DNA of 64,000 nt from the NCBI GenBank assembly GCA_964195975.1, contig CAXMQZ010000006.1:3009-67008 (forward strand). Direction: 5' to 3'. Source of the stretch: an uncultured Polyangiaceae bacterium (GTDB taxonomy: Bacteria; Acidobacteriota; Thermoanaerobaculia; Multivoradales; JAHEKO01). The notes beneath the pieces were generated by a model. It saw only the letters and a program-made list of their open reading frames with translations. It had not been told where the DNA came from and made no database searches. The position numbers and the translations under genes are program-made. Below, piece after piece: positions 47,637 to 57,579 of this stretch; within the stretch, counting starts at the first letter, position 1; every line of letters begins with the position of its first letter.

Positions 47637-47859
47637 GGACCTCGCTCATCCGCTGAACGGAACTCCGGTCCCCAGCGGAGTGGCCGAGCTGCGTTCGAGC
47701 AGGCTGAGATCTGCGATCGCCTCTACCTTCGCTTCAGCTCCGCTCTCCACTACGCCGGATCGTTATAGGACTCCGACCGTCTCGCCCTGCGTTCGTCGTT
47801 AGGCACCATGGCACGAGCACCGACAGCCACCCAGGCAGCTTCCCCATGCCTTCGCTCGG

Positions 47860-48052
47860 GTAGACACAACGATCCGGGTGATCAGGAGCGGCTCTGGGCC
47901 GTGGGTGTACAGGCTGAACACAACTTCGAGGTTTTGCGAGGATCTGTCTTGGCGAGCAGGGGCTAGACGAGGAATAACGCGATTCGGGTGTCTGAGCGAG
48001 GGAAAGATCAAGGGGACACGTTACCTGGCGGTACATGTCCCCGATCTTTCCC
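47860..48052 (-). repeat. Right (inverted) copy of the non-coding repeat plus long hairpin
   Basis: Block 47860-48004 inverted relative to 43964-44106; hairpin GGGAAAGATC..GGGGACA...TGTCCCC-GATCTTTCCC at 48000-48052. Confidence 0.85.
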
Positions 48053-48091
48053 GAGCGAGTTCAGAATCGCCCGAGTCGAAGTCCCGGCGCA

Positions 48092-48144
48092 GCCTAGACG
48101 GATCGTAAAACTGAGCGTGAAGTGAAGCCTGTACACCCACGGCC
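48092..48144 (+). repeat. Third, diverged partial copy of the repeat
   Basis: GCCTAGACGGATCGTAAAAC...AGCCTGTACACCCACGGCC aligns to GCCAAGACGGATACTCGCAAAAC...AGCCTGTACACCCACGGCC of the left copy. Confidence 0.65.
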
Positions 48145-48296
48145 TGTATCGCCCACGCGCACCCCGGAGCGAAAGTCGCACCACCAAAGCCTGATCCCGC
48201 GGGACTTTGTGGCGGCTTATTGCAGGGAAAGTTAACTAATATCAGGAAATGGGAACAAATCTTAGTCAATGTTTGTTAGATTAGTATGAGGCTAGG

Positions 48297-48325
48297 GTTG
48301 ACAGTTACCCACTAAGGTTAATAGT
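48297..48325 (+). promoter_or_regulatory. dnaK promoter with a HAIR-like (HspR) operator
   Basis: TTGACA-16 nt-AATAGT; GTTGACA-N7-ACTAAGG resembles CTTGAGT-N7-ACTCAAG (9/14). Confidence 0.4.
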
Positions 48326-48394
48326 CTATGTAAGCGGTCCGGTATTAGGGTCTCCCCTCCGGAGCGTATTCTCAAGAAATAGGAGGTTTTTGTT

Positions 48395-50302
48395 GTGAGC
48401 AAAATTATTGGAATTGATTTGGGAACCACCAACAGTGTCGTGTCGGTGATGGAAGGCTCGGATGCTGAGGTGATCGCCAACTCGGAAGGCAATCGGACCA
48501 CGCCTTCGGTCGTCGCTTTTACAAAAGGTGGCGAGCGCCTGGTTGGTCAGGTCGCAAAACGACAGGCGGTAACAAACCCAGAGAAGACCGTTTATTCCAT
48601 CAAACGCTTTATGGGTCGTCGATTTGACGAGGTGAGCGAAGAGATGACGATGGTGCCGTTCAAGGTTACGGATAGCGAAGGTGGTGTGCGCATCGTTATC
48701 GATGACAAGAAGTACTCACCGGAAGAGATCTCGGCCATGGTGCTGCAGAAGCTCAAGCAGGCTGCCGAGGACTACCTCGGGGAGAAGGTCGAGAAAGCGG
48801 TTATCACCGTTCCGGCCTACTTCAACGATGCTCAGCGGCAGGCGACCAAGGACGCGGGCCGTGTGGCAGGACTCAAAGTCGAGCGTCTGGTCAACGAGCC
48901 GACAGCGGCAGCGCTGGCTTATGGTCTCGACAAGAAGACCGATCAACTGATCGCGGTCTACGACTTTGGTGGCGGCACCTTCGATGTGTCGATTCTCGAG
49001 GTCGGCGATGGCGTTGTCGAAGTCAAGGCGACCAATGGCGACACCCATCTGGGTGGAGACAACATCGACCAGCGGATCATCGAGTGGCTGCTGGAGGAGT
49101 TCAAGAAGGATCAGGGGATCGACCTGGGGCAGGATCCGATGGCGGTTCAGAGGCTTAGAGAGGCGGCTGAGAAGGCGAAGATCGAGCTCTCCACTGCACA
49201 AGAGACCGACATCAACTTGCCGTTTATCACGGCGGATGCCGCGGGTCCCAAGCACCTGAACATCAAACTGACCCGGTCGAAGCTCGAGCAGATGGTCGAA
49301 GATCTGATCCGGCGCTCGGTTGGACCCAGCGAACAGGCAATGAAGGATGCCGGCGTAACCGCCAGTGACATCGACGAGGTCGTATTGGTAGGCGGACAGA
49401 CCCGGATGCCGGCGGTTCAGAAGCTGGTCACAGAGGTCTTTGGCAAGGAGCCCCACAAGGGGGTCAATCCCGACGAGGTAGTTGCAATCGGAGCGGCGAT
49501 TCAGGGTGGAGTCTTGAGAGGCGATGTCACGGACATGCTTCTGCTCGATGTCACACCGCTGTCGCTCGGTATCGAGACGCTGGGTGGGGTTTTCACCAAG
49601 CTGATCGAGCGCAACACCACGATCCCGTCAAAGAAGACCGAGGTCTTCTCAACGGCGGCCGAGAGCCAGACTTCGGTGGAGGTTCATGTTCTTCAGGGTG
49701 AGCGAGAGATGGCGAAGGACGACCGCACTCTGGGCAGGTTCCACCTCATAGGTATCCCGCCAGCACCGCGAGGAGTACCACAGATCGAAGTGGCTTTCGA
49801 CATCGATGCCAACGGCATCCTGAACGTCTCGGCCAAGGATCTGGGAACAGGCAAGGAGCAGAACATCACCATCAGTGGCTCGGGTGGTCTAGCCGAGTCC
49901 GAGATCGAACAGATGGTCAAAGACGCTGATTCGCACTCTGAAGAGGATAAGGAGCGGCGTAAGAAGGTCGAGGCACGCAATCAGTTGGATCAGTTGATCT
50001 ACACGACGGATAAGACCTTCGACGAGCACAAAGAGAAGCTTCCTGCCGAAGACAAGGGCAACCTGGAGCGAGCGCTCGAAGAGGCGAAGCAGGCTCTCGA
50101 GTCGGATGATCTTTCAGCACTCGAGAGTTCGATTACAAAGCTGACCGAGGCTTCGCACAAGCTGGCCGAGGTGATGTACCAGTCGGCTGGAGATCAGGGC
50201 GGGGGCGCACCCCCTCAGGATCCGCCAGCAGGAGATTCCGGCAGCGCCGACGATGAAGTGATCGACGCCGAGTATGTCGACGTTGAAGAGTCGAGCAGCT
50301 GA
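48395..50302 (+). CDS. dnaK: Molecular chaperone DnaK
   Basis: [44 protein letters not shown]. Confidence 0.98.
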   Translation: MSKIIGIDLGTTNSVVSVMEGSDAEVIANSEGNRTTPSVVAFTKGGERLVGQVAKRQAVTNPEKTVYSIKRFMGRRFDEVSEEMTMVPFKVTDSEGGVRIVIDDKKYSPEEISAMVLQKLKQAAEDYLGEKVEKAVITVPAYFNDAQRQATKDAGRVAGLKVERLVNEPTAAALAYGLDKKTDQLIAVYDFGGGTFDVSILEVGDGVVEVKATNGDTHLGGDNIDQRIIEWLLEEFKKDQGIDLGQDPMAVQRLREAAEKAKIELSTAQETDINLPFITADAAGPKHLNIKLTRSKLEQMVEDLIRRSVGPSEQAMKDAGVTASDIDEVVLVGGQTRMPAVQKLVTEVFGKEPHKGVNPDEVVAIGAAIQGGVLRGDVTDMLLLDVTPLSLGIETLGGVFTKLIERNTTIPSKKTEVFSTAAESQTSVEVHVLQGEREMAKDDRTLGRFHLIGIPPAPRGVPQIEVAFDIDANGILNVSAKDLGTGKEQNITISGSGGLAESEIEQMVKDADSHSEEDKERRKKVEARNQLDQLIYTTDKTFDEHKEKLPAEDKGNLERALEEAKQALESDDLSALESSITKLTEASHKLAEVMYQSAGDQGGGAPPQDPPAGDSGSADDEVIDAEYVDVEESSS

Positions 50303-50328
50303 CGAGAAGTACATAATCCGTAAGCTGT

Positions 50329-50355
50329 CTCCCGGGTCGGTCTTCGACTCGGGAG
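50329..50355 (+). terminator. Intercistronic stem-loop between dnaK and hspR
   Basis: CTCCCGGGTCG-GTCTT-CGACTCGGGAG, 11-bp stem with one G-U pair; weak U-tract. Confidence 0.45.
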
Positions 50356-50386
50356 GCGGTTTGCGGAATTTTCGGGAGTTTTGAGC

Positions 50387-50824
50387 ATGACGCAACGTAA
50401 ACAGCGAGGGCGGGTCCTGTTGATGATCAGCGCCGTCGCAGAGAGATTCGATATACATCCCCAGACCCTGCGTTTGTACGAGCGGGAGGGTCTGATAGAA
50501 CCCAAGCGGAGCTCGGGCAATACTCGTCTCTACGATGAAGAGACCCTGCGTCGGTTGGAAGCGATCCTCACTCTGACACGAGACCTGGGTGTAAACTTGG
50601 CCGGTGTCGAAGTGATCCTCAATATGCGCGCGCAACTCGAGGACATGGAGATCGAAGTCGATCGCCTGATGGCCTTCGTCAAGCAGGAAATGTTGGACCG
50701 CAGGATCGGGGTCGACCGCAAGTATGCGTTGGTTCAGATCGAGAGCGGACCCCTGGCAAGGTCGGTTGCTACCGACGAACCCAAAGGGTCGAAGTCCGAT
50801 GAGTCCAATGCCGGCAGGGGCTGA
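50387..50824 (+). CDS. hspR: MerR-family heat-shock repressor HspR
   Basis: MISAVAERFDIHPQTLRLYEREGLI.PKRSSGNTRLY...LGVNLAGVEVIL; follows dnaK. Confidence 0.88.
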   Translation: MTQRKQRGRVLLMISAVAERFDIHPQTLRLYEREGLIEPKRSSGNTRLYDEETLRRLEAILTLTRDLGVNLAGVEVILNMRAQLEDMEIEVDRLMAFVKQEMLDRRIGVDRKYALVQIESGPLARSVATDEPKGSKSDESNAGRG

Positions 50825-50912
50825 GAACACCCCTTCCGTTTCCCCCTCCAACCCGACAGCGACAAGACAAAAGCGAAATTTTGCTACGACATGGGCGTGC
50901 TACCATTTCCGC

Positions 50913-51710
50913 ATGGTGGAGAAGGTAGCGACCGAGAAGGTCTGTCCCGAGTGCGAAGGACGGGGCTGGATCGTCAGTCAAGATGGTTCCGCGGGTGCCG
51001 CCAGGCAGTGCGAGTGCAAGCTCCTCGATCAGTGGTCTCGACTCCAAGACCACGCGAAGATCCCACCGCGCTATAGCGGTTGCTCCTTTCGCACTTTCAA
51101 TGTCAACGCTGACAATGCGGCTTCGCGTGACCAACTTCTACAGGCCAAGACCGTCAGTCAGCGATATGTCGACGCTTTTTTGAGCTCCGAAGGCGGGTTC
51201 CGCGAAAGCGGACTTCTGTTTATCGGCCCACCCGGAACCGGCAAAACGCATCTGGCCGTCGCGGTCCTGAGAGAGCTGATCGATCGCTTCAAGGTGCAGG
51301 GTCTCTTTGTCGACTTTACGTCGCTCATTCACGAGATCCAGAACACTTTCGGTCCAAACTCGCCAGCCTCGAAACAGGAACTGCTCGACCCGGTCATCGA
51401 GGCCGAGGTCTTGATCCTCGACGAGCTGGGAGCCCAGAAGCCATCTCCATGGGTCAACGAGATCCTCTATTTGATTATGAACGCTCGCTATACGCGCAGA
51501 CTGCCAACGCTGTTTACAACCAACTTTCGCCTCGAGGCACCGGCTTCCTCTGATCATCTGGATCGGGTGCCTGACTCCCGTCCCAACGCGGCCCTTTCGT
51601 CGAGAATCTCACCAAGCTTGCTGAGTCGTCTGTACGAGATGGCTCGACCGATCGAAATCGACGTCGAGGATTTTCGCCGTGAGGTTCAGATGCAAAAGCA
51701 TCGCATCTAG
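50913..51710 (+). CDS. DnaC/DnaI-like AAA+ ATPase with N-terminal Zn finger
   Basis: CPEC...CEC, GPPGTGKT, LILDELG, TLFTTN, SRLYEM. Confidence 0.8.
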   Translation: MVEKVATEKVCPECEGRGWIVSQDGSAGAARQCECKLLDQWSRLQDHAKIPPRYSGCSFRTFNVNADNAASRDQLLQAKTVSQRYVDAFLSSEGGFRESGLLFIGPPGTGKTHLAVAVLRELIDRFKVQGLFVDFTSLIHEIQNTFGPNSPASKQELLDPVIEAEVLILDELGAQKPSPWVNEILYLIMNARYTRRLPTLFTTNFRLEAPASSDHLDRVPDSRPNAALSSRISPSLLSRLYEMARPIEIDVEDFRREVQMQKHRI

Positions 51711-51725
51711 ATAGATCAGGCAATC

Positions 51726-52676
51726 ATGGCACTTTCCGCCTTCGATAGTGTTCACAGAGGTCTTGTGAACACCCGAGCCAACTGGGAGTTGATCTTCTTT
51801 CAGTGGCTGCAAGTCCTGCTCGTAACCATCCTGTCGGTTGCCGGTCTGCTGCCGCCTCTGGTGGCACTGGGTTTTGCGCGCCCATCGGATCTGACTTCGA
51901 CAATCTCCGACGTGCCAGCCATGCTCGCCGGCGCCGCCGAGCTTGTCGACCGGGGTCGGGATGCCTGGTTACTCTTGCTGGCCTCGCTGATACTGGCGAG
52001 CGCCATCTGGTTTGTCGCCACGATGGTCTATTGCTACTTTCAGGGTGGCATTTATGGAATCTTGATGTCGGGCGATCGCCAGGCGCCAAGTGGTAGGCCA
52101 CAGGGCAGCCAGTGGTTCAAAACGTTTTCTTGCAGGGATCTGAGGGGCTGGGGTAGTCATTTCATGTGGCGATATTTTTGGCTACTCAACCTCGTGGTCG
52201 CGGTGTCGATGGCCTGGCTGATAGTGCCGCTTGTCTTGGTCATGGCCTCCTTCTGGGGTGGTGAGCTCTGGGGTGGGGGCGCCAGGTTCGCGATTGGCTG
52301 CGCGGGTGCCATCCCGGTTGCATTCAGCCTCTTGATTCTCTTGATTTGGGCATATCTGATCCAAGCGACACTTGCGGCTCAGGATGGCGGAGTCTGGCAA
52401 GCGATGAAGAGCAGCCTGCAAATCCTTGGTCGGCGCCTGGGTGCGGTACTGTTTATCTTCCTCCTCGTGATCCTGGGGAGTGGGTTTGTGAGTTTTGGGA
52501 TTTGGGTGATATCCACGGCGGGCACCTTGATGCTGGGTCGGTGGGAGTTAGTGGGGCTTGCCTGGCAATTGGCACTTACGATGATCCAGTGGATATTCAC
52601 CACCGCGGTAGGGATAGCCTCTGCGGCAGCGCTGGTGGGGCTCGTTCGAAGCGAGATGGCAAGGGAACCTGCATGA
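51726..52676 (+). CDS. Hypothetical multi-pass membrane protein
   Basis: About six hydrophobic segments; coupled to the next gene by ATGA overlap. Confidence 0.7.
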   Translation: MALSAFDSVHRGLVNTRANWELIFFQWLQVLLVTILSVAGLLPPLVALGFARPSDLTSTISDVPAMLAGAAELVDRGRDAWLLLLASLILASAIWFVATMVYCYFQGGIYGILMSGDRQAPSGRPQGSQWFKTFSCRDLRGWGSHFMWRYFWLLNLVVAVSMAWLIVPLVLVMASFWGGELWGGGARFAIGCAGAIPVAFSLLILLIWAYLIQATLAAQDGGVWQAMKSSLQILGRRLGAVLFIFLLVILGSGFVSFGIWVISTAGTLMLGRWELVGLAWQLALTMIQWIFTTAVGIASAAALVGLVRSEMAREPA

Positions 52677-54832
52677 TCGGCACCGCGAGATACTCTGGGA
52701 GATGCTCTGGCGCGAGGAACTGGGCCCTTCTGTTGTTCGTCCTTTGGGCGCTCGTTGGCGCGGTAGCATCGGCCTCCGATCCAGTTCTTGGCACCTCTCC
52801 TCGGTTGGTGAGAGTGGGGCTCGCCACGGATAAATCGGTGGTAACGGTTCCCTGTTGCGCAGATGAGTTGATTGCTGAAGGCGGTGGGCGTGTCGTTTCT
52901 CGCATCGTCTCGCTCAAGATCGAGCCCCTGGCAGAGGTTTTGACGCCAGCCGTCTTTCGACTCCAGGCTGCCGCACTCAAAGATGAAAGACAGGCCCTTG
53001 GTCTGGCGCAGCGCTTGAGTCAGTCGCTCGGTGAGCCGGCTGATGTCGTCTTCGACGCCGGGACCGATCTGTACCGAGTTCGACTGGGTCGCTATGAGAC
53101 CCGTGAGGTTGCGCAACGGGAGCAGAGAAAGCTCGCCATGGTGGGCTTGAGCCAGTCATGGATTGTCAGTGAGAAGGGGAAGCTGGGAAAGGCCGAGATC
53201 AAGCTGAGCCAAGGGGGGAAAAGCGTGATCATGCCGGGCCGCTGGTTGAAGCTCAGCTCACCCTTCGATGACGGAATACGTACCGAGACTGGTCGCTACC
53301 GGGGACGGATACTGATCTATCTGAATGACCGTGGTCTGCTCAACGTTATCAACGAGCTGAGTGTAGAAGAGTACCTTCGTGGTGTTGTACCCAAAGAGAT
53401 GGGTCCAGCCATCTATGATCGACTCGAAGCCCTCAAGGCACAGACTGTCGCGGCGAGAACCTATACTCTGAAAAACCTCGGGGAGTTCAGCGACGAAGGA
53501 TACGACATTTGTGCCACCCCCAGGTGCCAGGTGTATGGCGGCATGGACGTCGAGCACCCGCTTTCAGATCAGGCCATTGCCGCCACGGCAGGTGAGGTGT
53601 TGACCTATCATGGTGAGCTCGTCGAGGCGCTGTACAGCTCAACCTGTGGGGGTCACACAGAAGATGTCCAGGTCGTTTTTCCGCTCAAGAACCAACCCTA
53701 TTTGAAAGGCGTGGCCTGTCTGGAGTCGGGAGTCGACCGATTGACGGGGCAGGTACCCAAGGGTGTTGCATTCCCCGGTGGTTTGACTCGGGCGCTGCTG
53801 CCGCCCACTGGTGCCGAATTCAATGCCGAGACCGTGGGTCGTCGATTCGAGCATTTGGCACTGTTGGCCGGTCTGCCCATTCCGAGCGATCGGCTGATCT
53901 CGTTGGAACGGCGCGAGGTCCAGCGATTCATAGCATCGATGTTCGATCTGGCTCTCGATGTGAGGCTGTTTGTGTCCCAGGAGGATCTGCCTTATCTGAT
54001 CGACGAGTCACCACCCGATTGGAGTGAACGCGATCTCCTGCTCGCTGCCTACTTGATAAAGAGCGGTTTGTTGTCTGGCGACCTGGACGAGCCGCTCGAC
54101 AGCGATGAGATCGAAGGAACGCTGTTTCGGCTGGCTCTTTTCTTGCGGGTTTTGGAGCAGATCGAGGGTCGATACATGAGCCTCGAGGGGGCCGTCTTGA
54201 AGGTCAAAGACGACACCGGTGAGGTTGTCGAGGTCTTGGTTCCGGCGACCATAGGAACCTATCGGCTGGTCGGTGAAAGTCAGGTGGCTACCTCCCTGGC
54301 CCTTTTGGCGGGCGATCAGGTCGATCTCTATCTCCACAACGGTGAGTTGGCAGCCATTACTCATGGAGCCGACTCCGACGGCGTCGCTTTCGACCGGACG
54401 AGCAATAAGAGCTCCTGGACTCGCTACAAGAGTGATGCCGAGCTTGCCAAGCTGGTGCAACAACGCTATCCGGGTCTTGGCTTTCGGGGTCTGGAGATTC
54501 TGGAGCGGGGAGTCTCGGGTCGGGTCGGTCGAATGCTTCTCCTGGGCGACGATGGCCAGACAGAAGAAGTAGAGGGTCTAGCGGTCCGCTGGACTCTCGA
54601 CGTTCCCGATACGTGGTTCACGGCCAAGCGGCTGACGCCTCCGGGGCGCCCTGCCGGATGGCTATTTTCAGGCCGTGGGTGGGGCCACGGTGTGGGGATG
54701 TGTCAGGTCGGTGCTTTCGGTATGGCTCAACGGGGACACGACTACCGCGAGATTCTGCAGCACTACTACAGCGGGGTGGAAATCGGGGTGGCCAACTCCC
54801 AATTGGCTGTGCGGCGCCCGTCGGCTCGCTGA
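52673..54832 (+). CDS. SpoIID/LytB lytic transglycosylase with SPOR domain
   Basis: YRVRLG SPOR pattern; EEYLRGVVPKEM, LKAQTVAARTY, CQVYGG, GWGHGVGMCQ.GA, ILQHYY. Confidence 0.9.
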   Translation: MIGTARYSGRCSGARNWALLLFVLWALVGAVASASDPVLGTSPRLVRVGLATDKSVVTVPCCADELIAEGGGRVVSRIVSLKIEPLAEVLTPAVFRLQAAALKDERQALGLAQRLSQSLGEPADVVFDAGTDLYRVRLGRYETREVAQREQRKLAMVGLSQSWIVSEKGKLGKAEIKLSQGGKSVIMPGRWLKLSSPFDDGIRTETGRYRGRILIYLNDRGLLNVINELSVEEYLRGVVPKEMGPAIYDRLEALKAQTVAARTYTLKNLGEFSDEGYDICATPRCQVYGGMDVEHPLSDQAIAATAGEVLTYHGELVEALYSSTCGGHTEDVQVVFPLKNQPYLKGVACLESGVDRLTGQVPKGVAFPGGLTRALLPPTGAEFNAETVGRRFEHLALLAGLPIPSDRLISLERREVQRFIASMFDLALDVRLFVSQEDLPYLIDESPPDWSERDLLLAAYLIKSGLLSGDLDEPLDSDEIEGTLFRLALFLRVLEQIEGRYMSLEGAVLKVKDDTGEVVEVLVPATIGTYRLVGESQVATSLALLAGDQVDLYLHNGELAAITHGADSDGVAFDRTSNKSSWTRYKSDAELAKLVQQRYPGLGFRGLEILERGVSGRVGRMLLLGDDGQTEEVEGLAVRWTLDVPDTWFTAKRLTPPGRPAGWLFSGRGWGHGVGMCQVGAFGMAQRGHDYREILQHYYSGVEIGVANSQLAVRRPSAR

Positions 54833-54889
54833 AACAAGCTGCCCAGTCGCGAGAATTGTGGTAAACATCATGCTGACAGGAAGCAATAT

Positions 54890-55441
54890 ATGGCGTCCGA
54901 GCGAGATATTCGGAATCTTGTACGACGGGTGGTCGACGGGATCTCGAGCGGTGAAGAGGTCACCCAGCAGGGATCGATTGAAACTGAGACCATCGCTATC
55001 GGAGCCGACCACGGCGGATACGCGCTCAAGGAGCGCCTGATCGGACACCTGCGAGACCAGGGCTATACAGTCCGCGACTGTGGCACGAACAGCCCGGATT
55101 CGGTTGACTACCCAGTGTTTGCGCAGGCGGTAGCCGAGCTCGTCTCCAACGGATCGTGCCGTTGGGGTGTGGTAGTCGATGGGGCCGGAATTGGCTCGTC
55201 CATAGCGGCAAACAAGATTCCAGGGATCCGGGCGGCGCTGTGTTACGACATCTCGTCGGCCCGAAACAGCCGTGAGCACAACCACGCGAACGTACTTACC
55301 CTGGGAGCGTCCCTGATCGGCGAAGGGTTGGCACTACAGATTTTGGATGCTTGGTTGGCAACGGAGTGGGGGCCGGGCAGACACGCGCGAAGAGTCGAGC
55401 TCATTACGGAGATCGACAATCGAACTCGGCGGAGCTCATAG
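54890..55441 (+). CDS. rpiB: RpiB/LacAB sugar-phosphate isomerase with putative encapsulation peptide
   Basis: [44 protein letters not shown]; N-terminal [15 protein letters not shown]. Confidence 0.9.
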   Translation: MASERDIRNLVRRVVDGISSGEEVTQQGSIETETIAIGADHGGYALKERLIGHLRDQGYTVRDCGTNSPDSVDYPVFAQAVAELVSNGSCRWGVVVDGAGIGSSIAANKIPGIRAALCYDISSARNSREHNHANVLTLGASLIGEGLALQILDAWLATEWGPGRHARRVELITEIDNRTRRSS

Positions 55442-55455
55442 GCAGACTGCGATCG

Positions 55456-56310
55456 ATGCGAGACAAAGAAGAATTGATCGAGCTCATTACTCGGCGCGTG
55501 CTGGCCGAGCTCGAGCGAACCAGCAAAGACGAATGTCCGGATTGCGAGGGTAGTTGCGTTGCCAACTGTCCCGACAAGGTTCGTGCCGTCGTCGGTCACG
55601 GTGCAGGCCGCATCAGCTACCAGGGTAACGGCGGGGATGTTCCCTCCGATATGGCCGCCTATATCGATCACACCCTTCTTGGTCCTGGAGCTACCGGCTC
55701 CGATATCGACCAGCTTTGCGAGGAGGCCGATCGATATGGTTTTGCCTCGGTGTGTGTGAATCCTGTGTGGGTCGCGCGAGCACGTCAAAACCTCCAGGGA
55801 TCGAAGGTCAAGGTCTGCTCGGTCATCGGATTCCCGCTGGGTGCAAACTCGACCGACATCAAAGTGCTCGAGGCTCGCCGTGCTCTTCGAGAGGGCGCCC
55901 GTGAGATCGACATGGTGATCAATGTGGGTCGGCTCAAGGAAGGTGACTACGATTTCGTTCAGCAAGATATTGCACGCGTCGTTGATGCTTGCCGGGAGGT
56001 CGGAGCTCTTTGCAAGGTGATCATCGAAGCTGCGATGCTCACCGATGAGGAGAAGGTCATCGCCTGCCAGTTGGCGAGCCGTGCGAAGGCAGACTTCGTC
56101 AAGACGTCAACCGGATTTGGACCTGGAGGAGCTACGGCATACGATGTGGCTCTGATGCGAGAGACTGTGGGATTGAGCATGGGTGTAAAAGCGTCTGGAG
56201 GAATCAAGACAACCGACGACGCGGAACAGATGATTGCCGCTGGCGCCACCAGGATCGGTGCGTCGGCGGGTATCAGCATCGTTTCGGGAAATGGTGGTGG
56301 AGCTGAATGA
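55456..56310 (+). CDS. deoC: Deoxyribose-phosphate aldolase with encapsulation peptide and Cys-rich linker
   Basis: [38 protein letters not shown]; N-terminal [16 protein letters not shown]. Confidence 0.92.
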   Translation: MRDKEELIELITRRVLAELERTSKDECPDCEGSCVANCPDKVRAVVGHGAGRISYQGNGGDVPSDMAAYIDHTLLGPGATGSDIDQLCEEADRYGFASVCVNPVWVARARQNLQGSKVKVCSVIGFPLGANSTDIKVLEARRALREGAREIDMVINVGRLKEGDYDFVQQDIARVVDACREVGALCKVIIEAAMLTDEEKVIACQLASRAKADFVKTSTGFGPGGATAYDVALMRETVGLSMGVKASGGIKTTDDAEQMIAAGATRIGASAGISIVSGNGGGAE

Positions 56311-56936
56311 GTAATGTCGAGCTCAGAGCATTCGCTTTTTTGGATAGTCTGCAGCCGCAGCATGCGGCCTTTCTAGGCACGATCGCAAAGGGATTCCTAC
56401 CGCTCGCTGGCGACGCGTCGCTATGGGTGGAGATCTCCCCGGGTATCGAGATCAACCGTCTTACCGACATCGCCTTGAAGTCGACCCGGGTCAAACCCGG
56501 TTTGCAGATCGTCGAACGCTACTATGGCCTTCTCGAAATCCACTCGGAGTCCCAGGCCGAAACCCGAGCCGCCGGTGAGGCGATTCTTGCCGAGCTCGAT
56601 CATGTGGAGGCTGACCGGATCAAGCCCCGAGTAGTTTCGAGTCAGATCATTCGCCATGTCGATGACCATCAGGTCCAGCTGATCAACCGGATGCGCCACG
56701 GGCATATGTTGATACCAGGCCAGACGATGTATGTGCTCGAGGTAGAGCCTGCTCCCTATGCAGCGCTGGCGGCGAACGAAGCTGAAAAAGCATCGGAGGT
56801 CAACATTCTGGAGATTCGGGCGTTCGGCTCGTTTGGGCGGGTGTTTCTGGGTGGAGAAGAGCGGGATATCGACGTCGGCTGGCGAGCCGCGATTGCGGCG
56901 CTAGAGGGCATAGAAGGCAGGGAATTGAAGGCCTAA
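56307..56936 (+). CDS. BMC-T shell protein, stacking (double-ring) type
   Basis: [37 protein letters not shown]. Confidence 0.9.
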   Translation: MSNVELRAFAFLDSLQPQHAAFLGTIAKGFLPLAGDASLWVEISPGIEINRLTDIALKSTRVKPGLQIVERYYGLLEIHSESQAETRAAGEAILAELDHVEADRIKPRVVSSQIIRHVDDHQVQLINRMRHGHMLIPGQTMYVLEVEPAPYAALAANEAEKASEVNILEIRAFGSFGRVFLGGEERDIDVGWRAAIAALEGIEGRELKA

Positions 56937-56949
56937 GGAGGAAGGTTCG

Positions 56950-57249
56950 ATGGCAGAAGCATTGGGAATGATCGAAACACGAGGATTCGCCGCCATGGTG
57001 GAAGCAGCCGATGCCATGGTCAAGGCGGCAAAGGTTGAGCTTGTAGGCATGGAGAAGACCGGTGGCGGGTATGTCACCGCGATCGTGCGTGGCGATGTTG
57101 CTGCAGTGAAGGCCGCCGTCGACGCAGGGGTCCGAGGGGCGGAGAAGGTCGGAGAGGTCGTTTCGACGCATGTGATTGCCCGGCCTCATACGAATATCGA
57201 CGAGGTTCTTCCATTGGGGCGTGAAGAGACCGGCAAAGGCGAGAGCTAG
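56950..57249 (+). CDS. BMC-H hexameric shell protein
   Basis: [43 protein letters not shown]. Confidence 0.97.
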   Translation: MAEALGMIETRGFAAMVEAADAMVKAAKVELVGMEKTGGGYVTAIVRGDVAAVKAAVDAGVRGAEKVGEVVSTHVIARPHTNIDEVLPLGREETGKGES

Positions 57250-57276
57250 AGTCCCGGGACTCGGGATCGAGAAGTC

Positions 57277-57567
57277 ATGCTTCTAGGCAAGGTGGTTGGC
57301 ACCCTGGTAGCCAGTCGCAAAGAACCTTCTATGGAAGGTTTCAAATTCCTCGTCCTGCGCCAGATCAACATCGACGGCGATGAAACGGGCGGGTACGTCG
57401 TTGCGGTCGATGCGGTCGGAGCCGGAGTCGACGAGGTGGTGATGTACGCTACCGGTAGCTCGGCTCGTCAGACAGAAGCGACCCAGGACCGTCCCTGCGA
57501 TGCGGTCATCATGGCGATTGTCGACACCTGGGAAGTGGGAGGCACCGAGGTCTACATCAAAGACTAA
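57277..57567 (+). CDS. BMC-P (EutN/CcmL) vertex protein 1
   Basis: [27 protein letters not shown]. Confidence 0.96.
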   Translation: MLLGKVVGTLVASRKEPSMEGFKFLVLRQINIDGDETGGYVVAVDAVGAGVDEVVMYATGSSARQTEATQDRPCDAVIMAIVDTWEVGGTEVYIKD

Positions 57568-57579
57568 CTGCCAGTCTCT

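Noticed and set aside
47798-47804. Integron attC/attI site (GTTAGGC)
   Set aside because: No matching RYYYAAC inverse core at a suitable distance, no integrase and no cassette array.
50913-51710. IS21 IstB or prophage replication module
   Set aside because: No IstA, terminal repeats or phage genes; it is embedded among housekeeping genes, so a host helicase-loader homologue is more likely.
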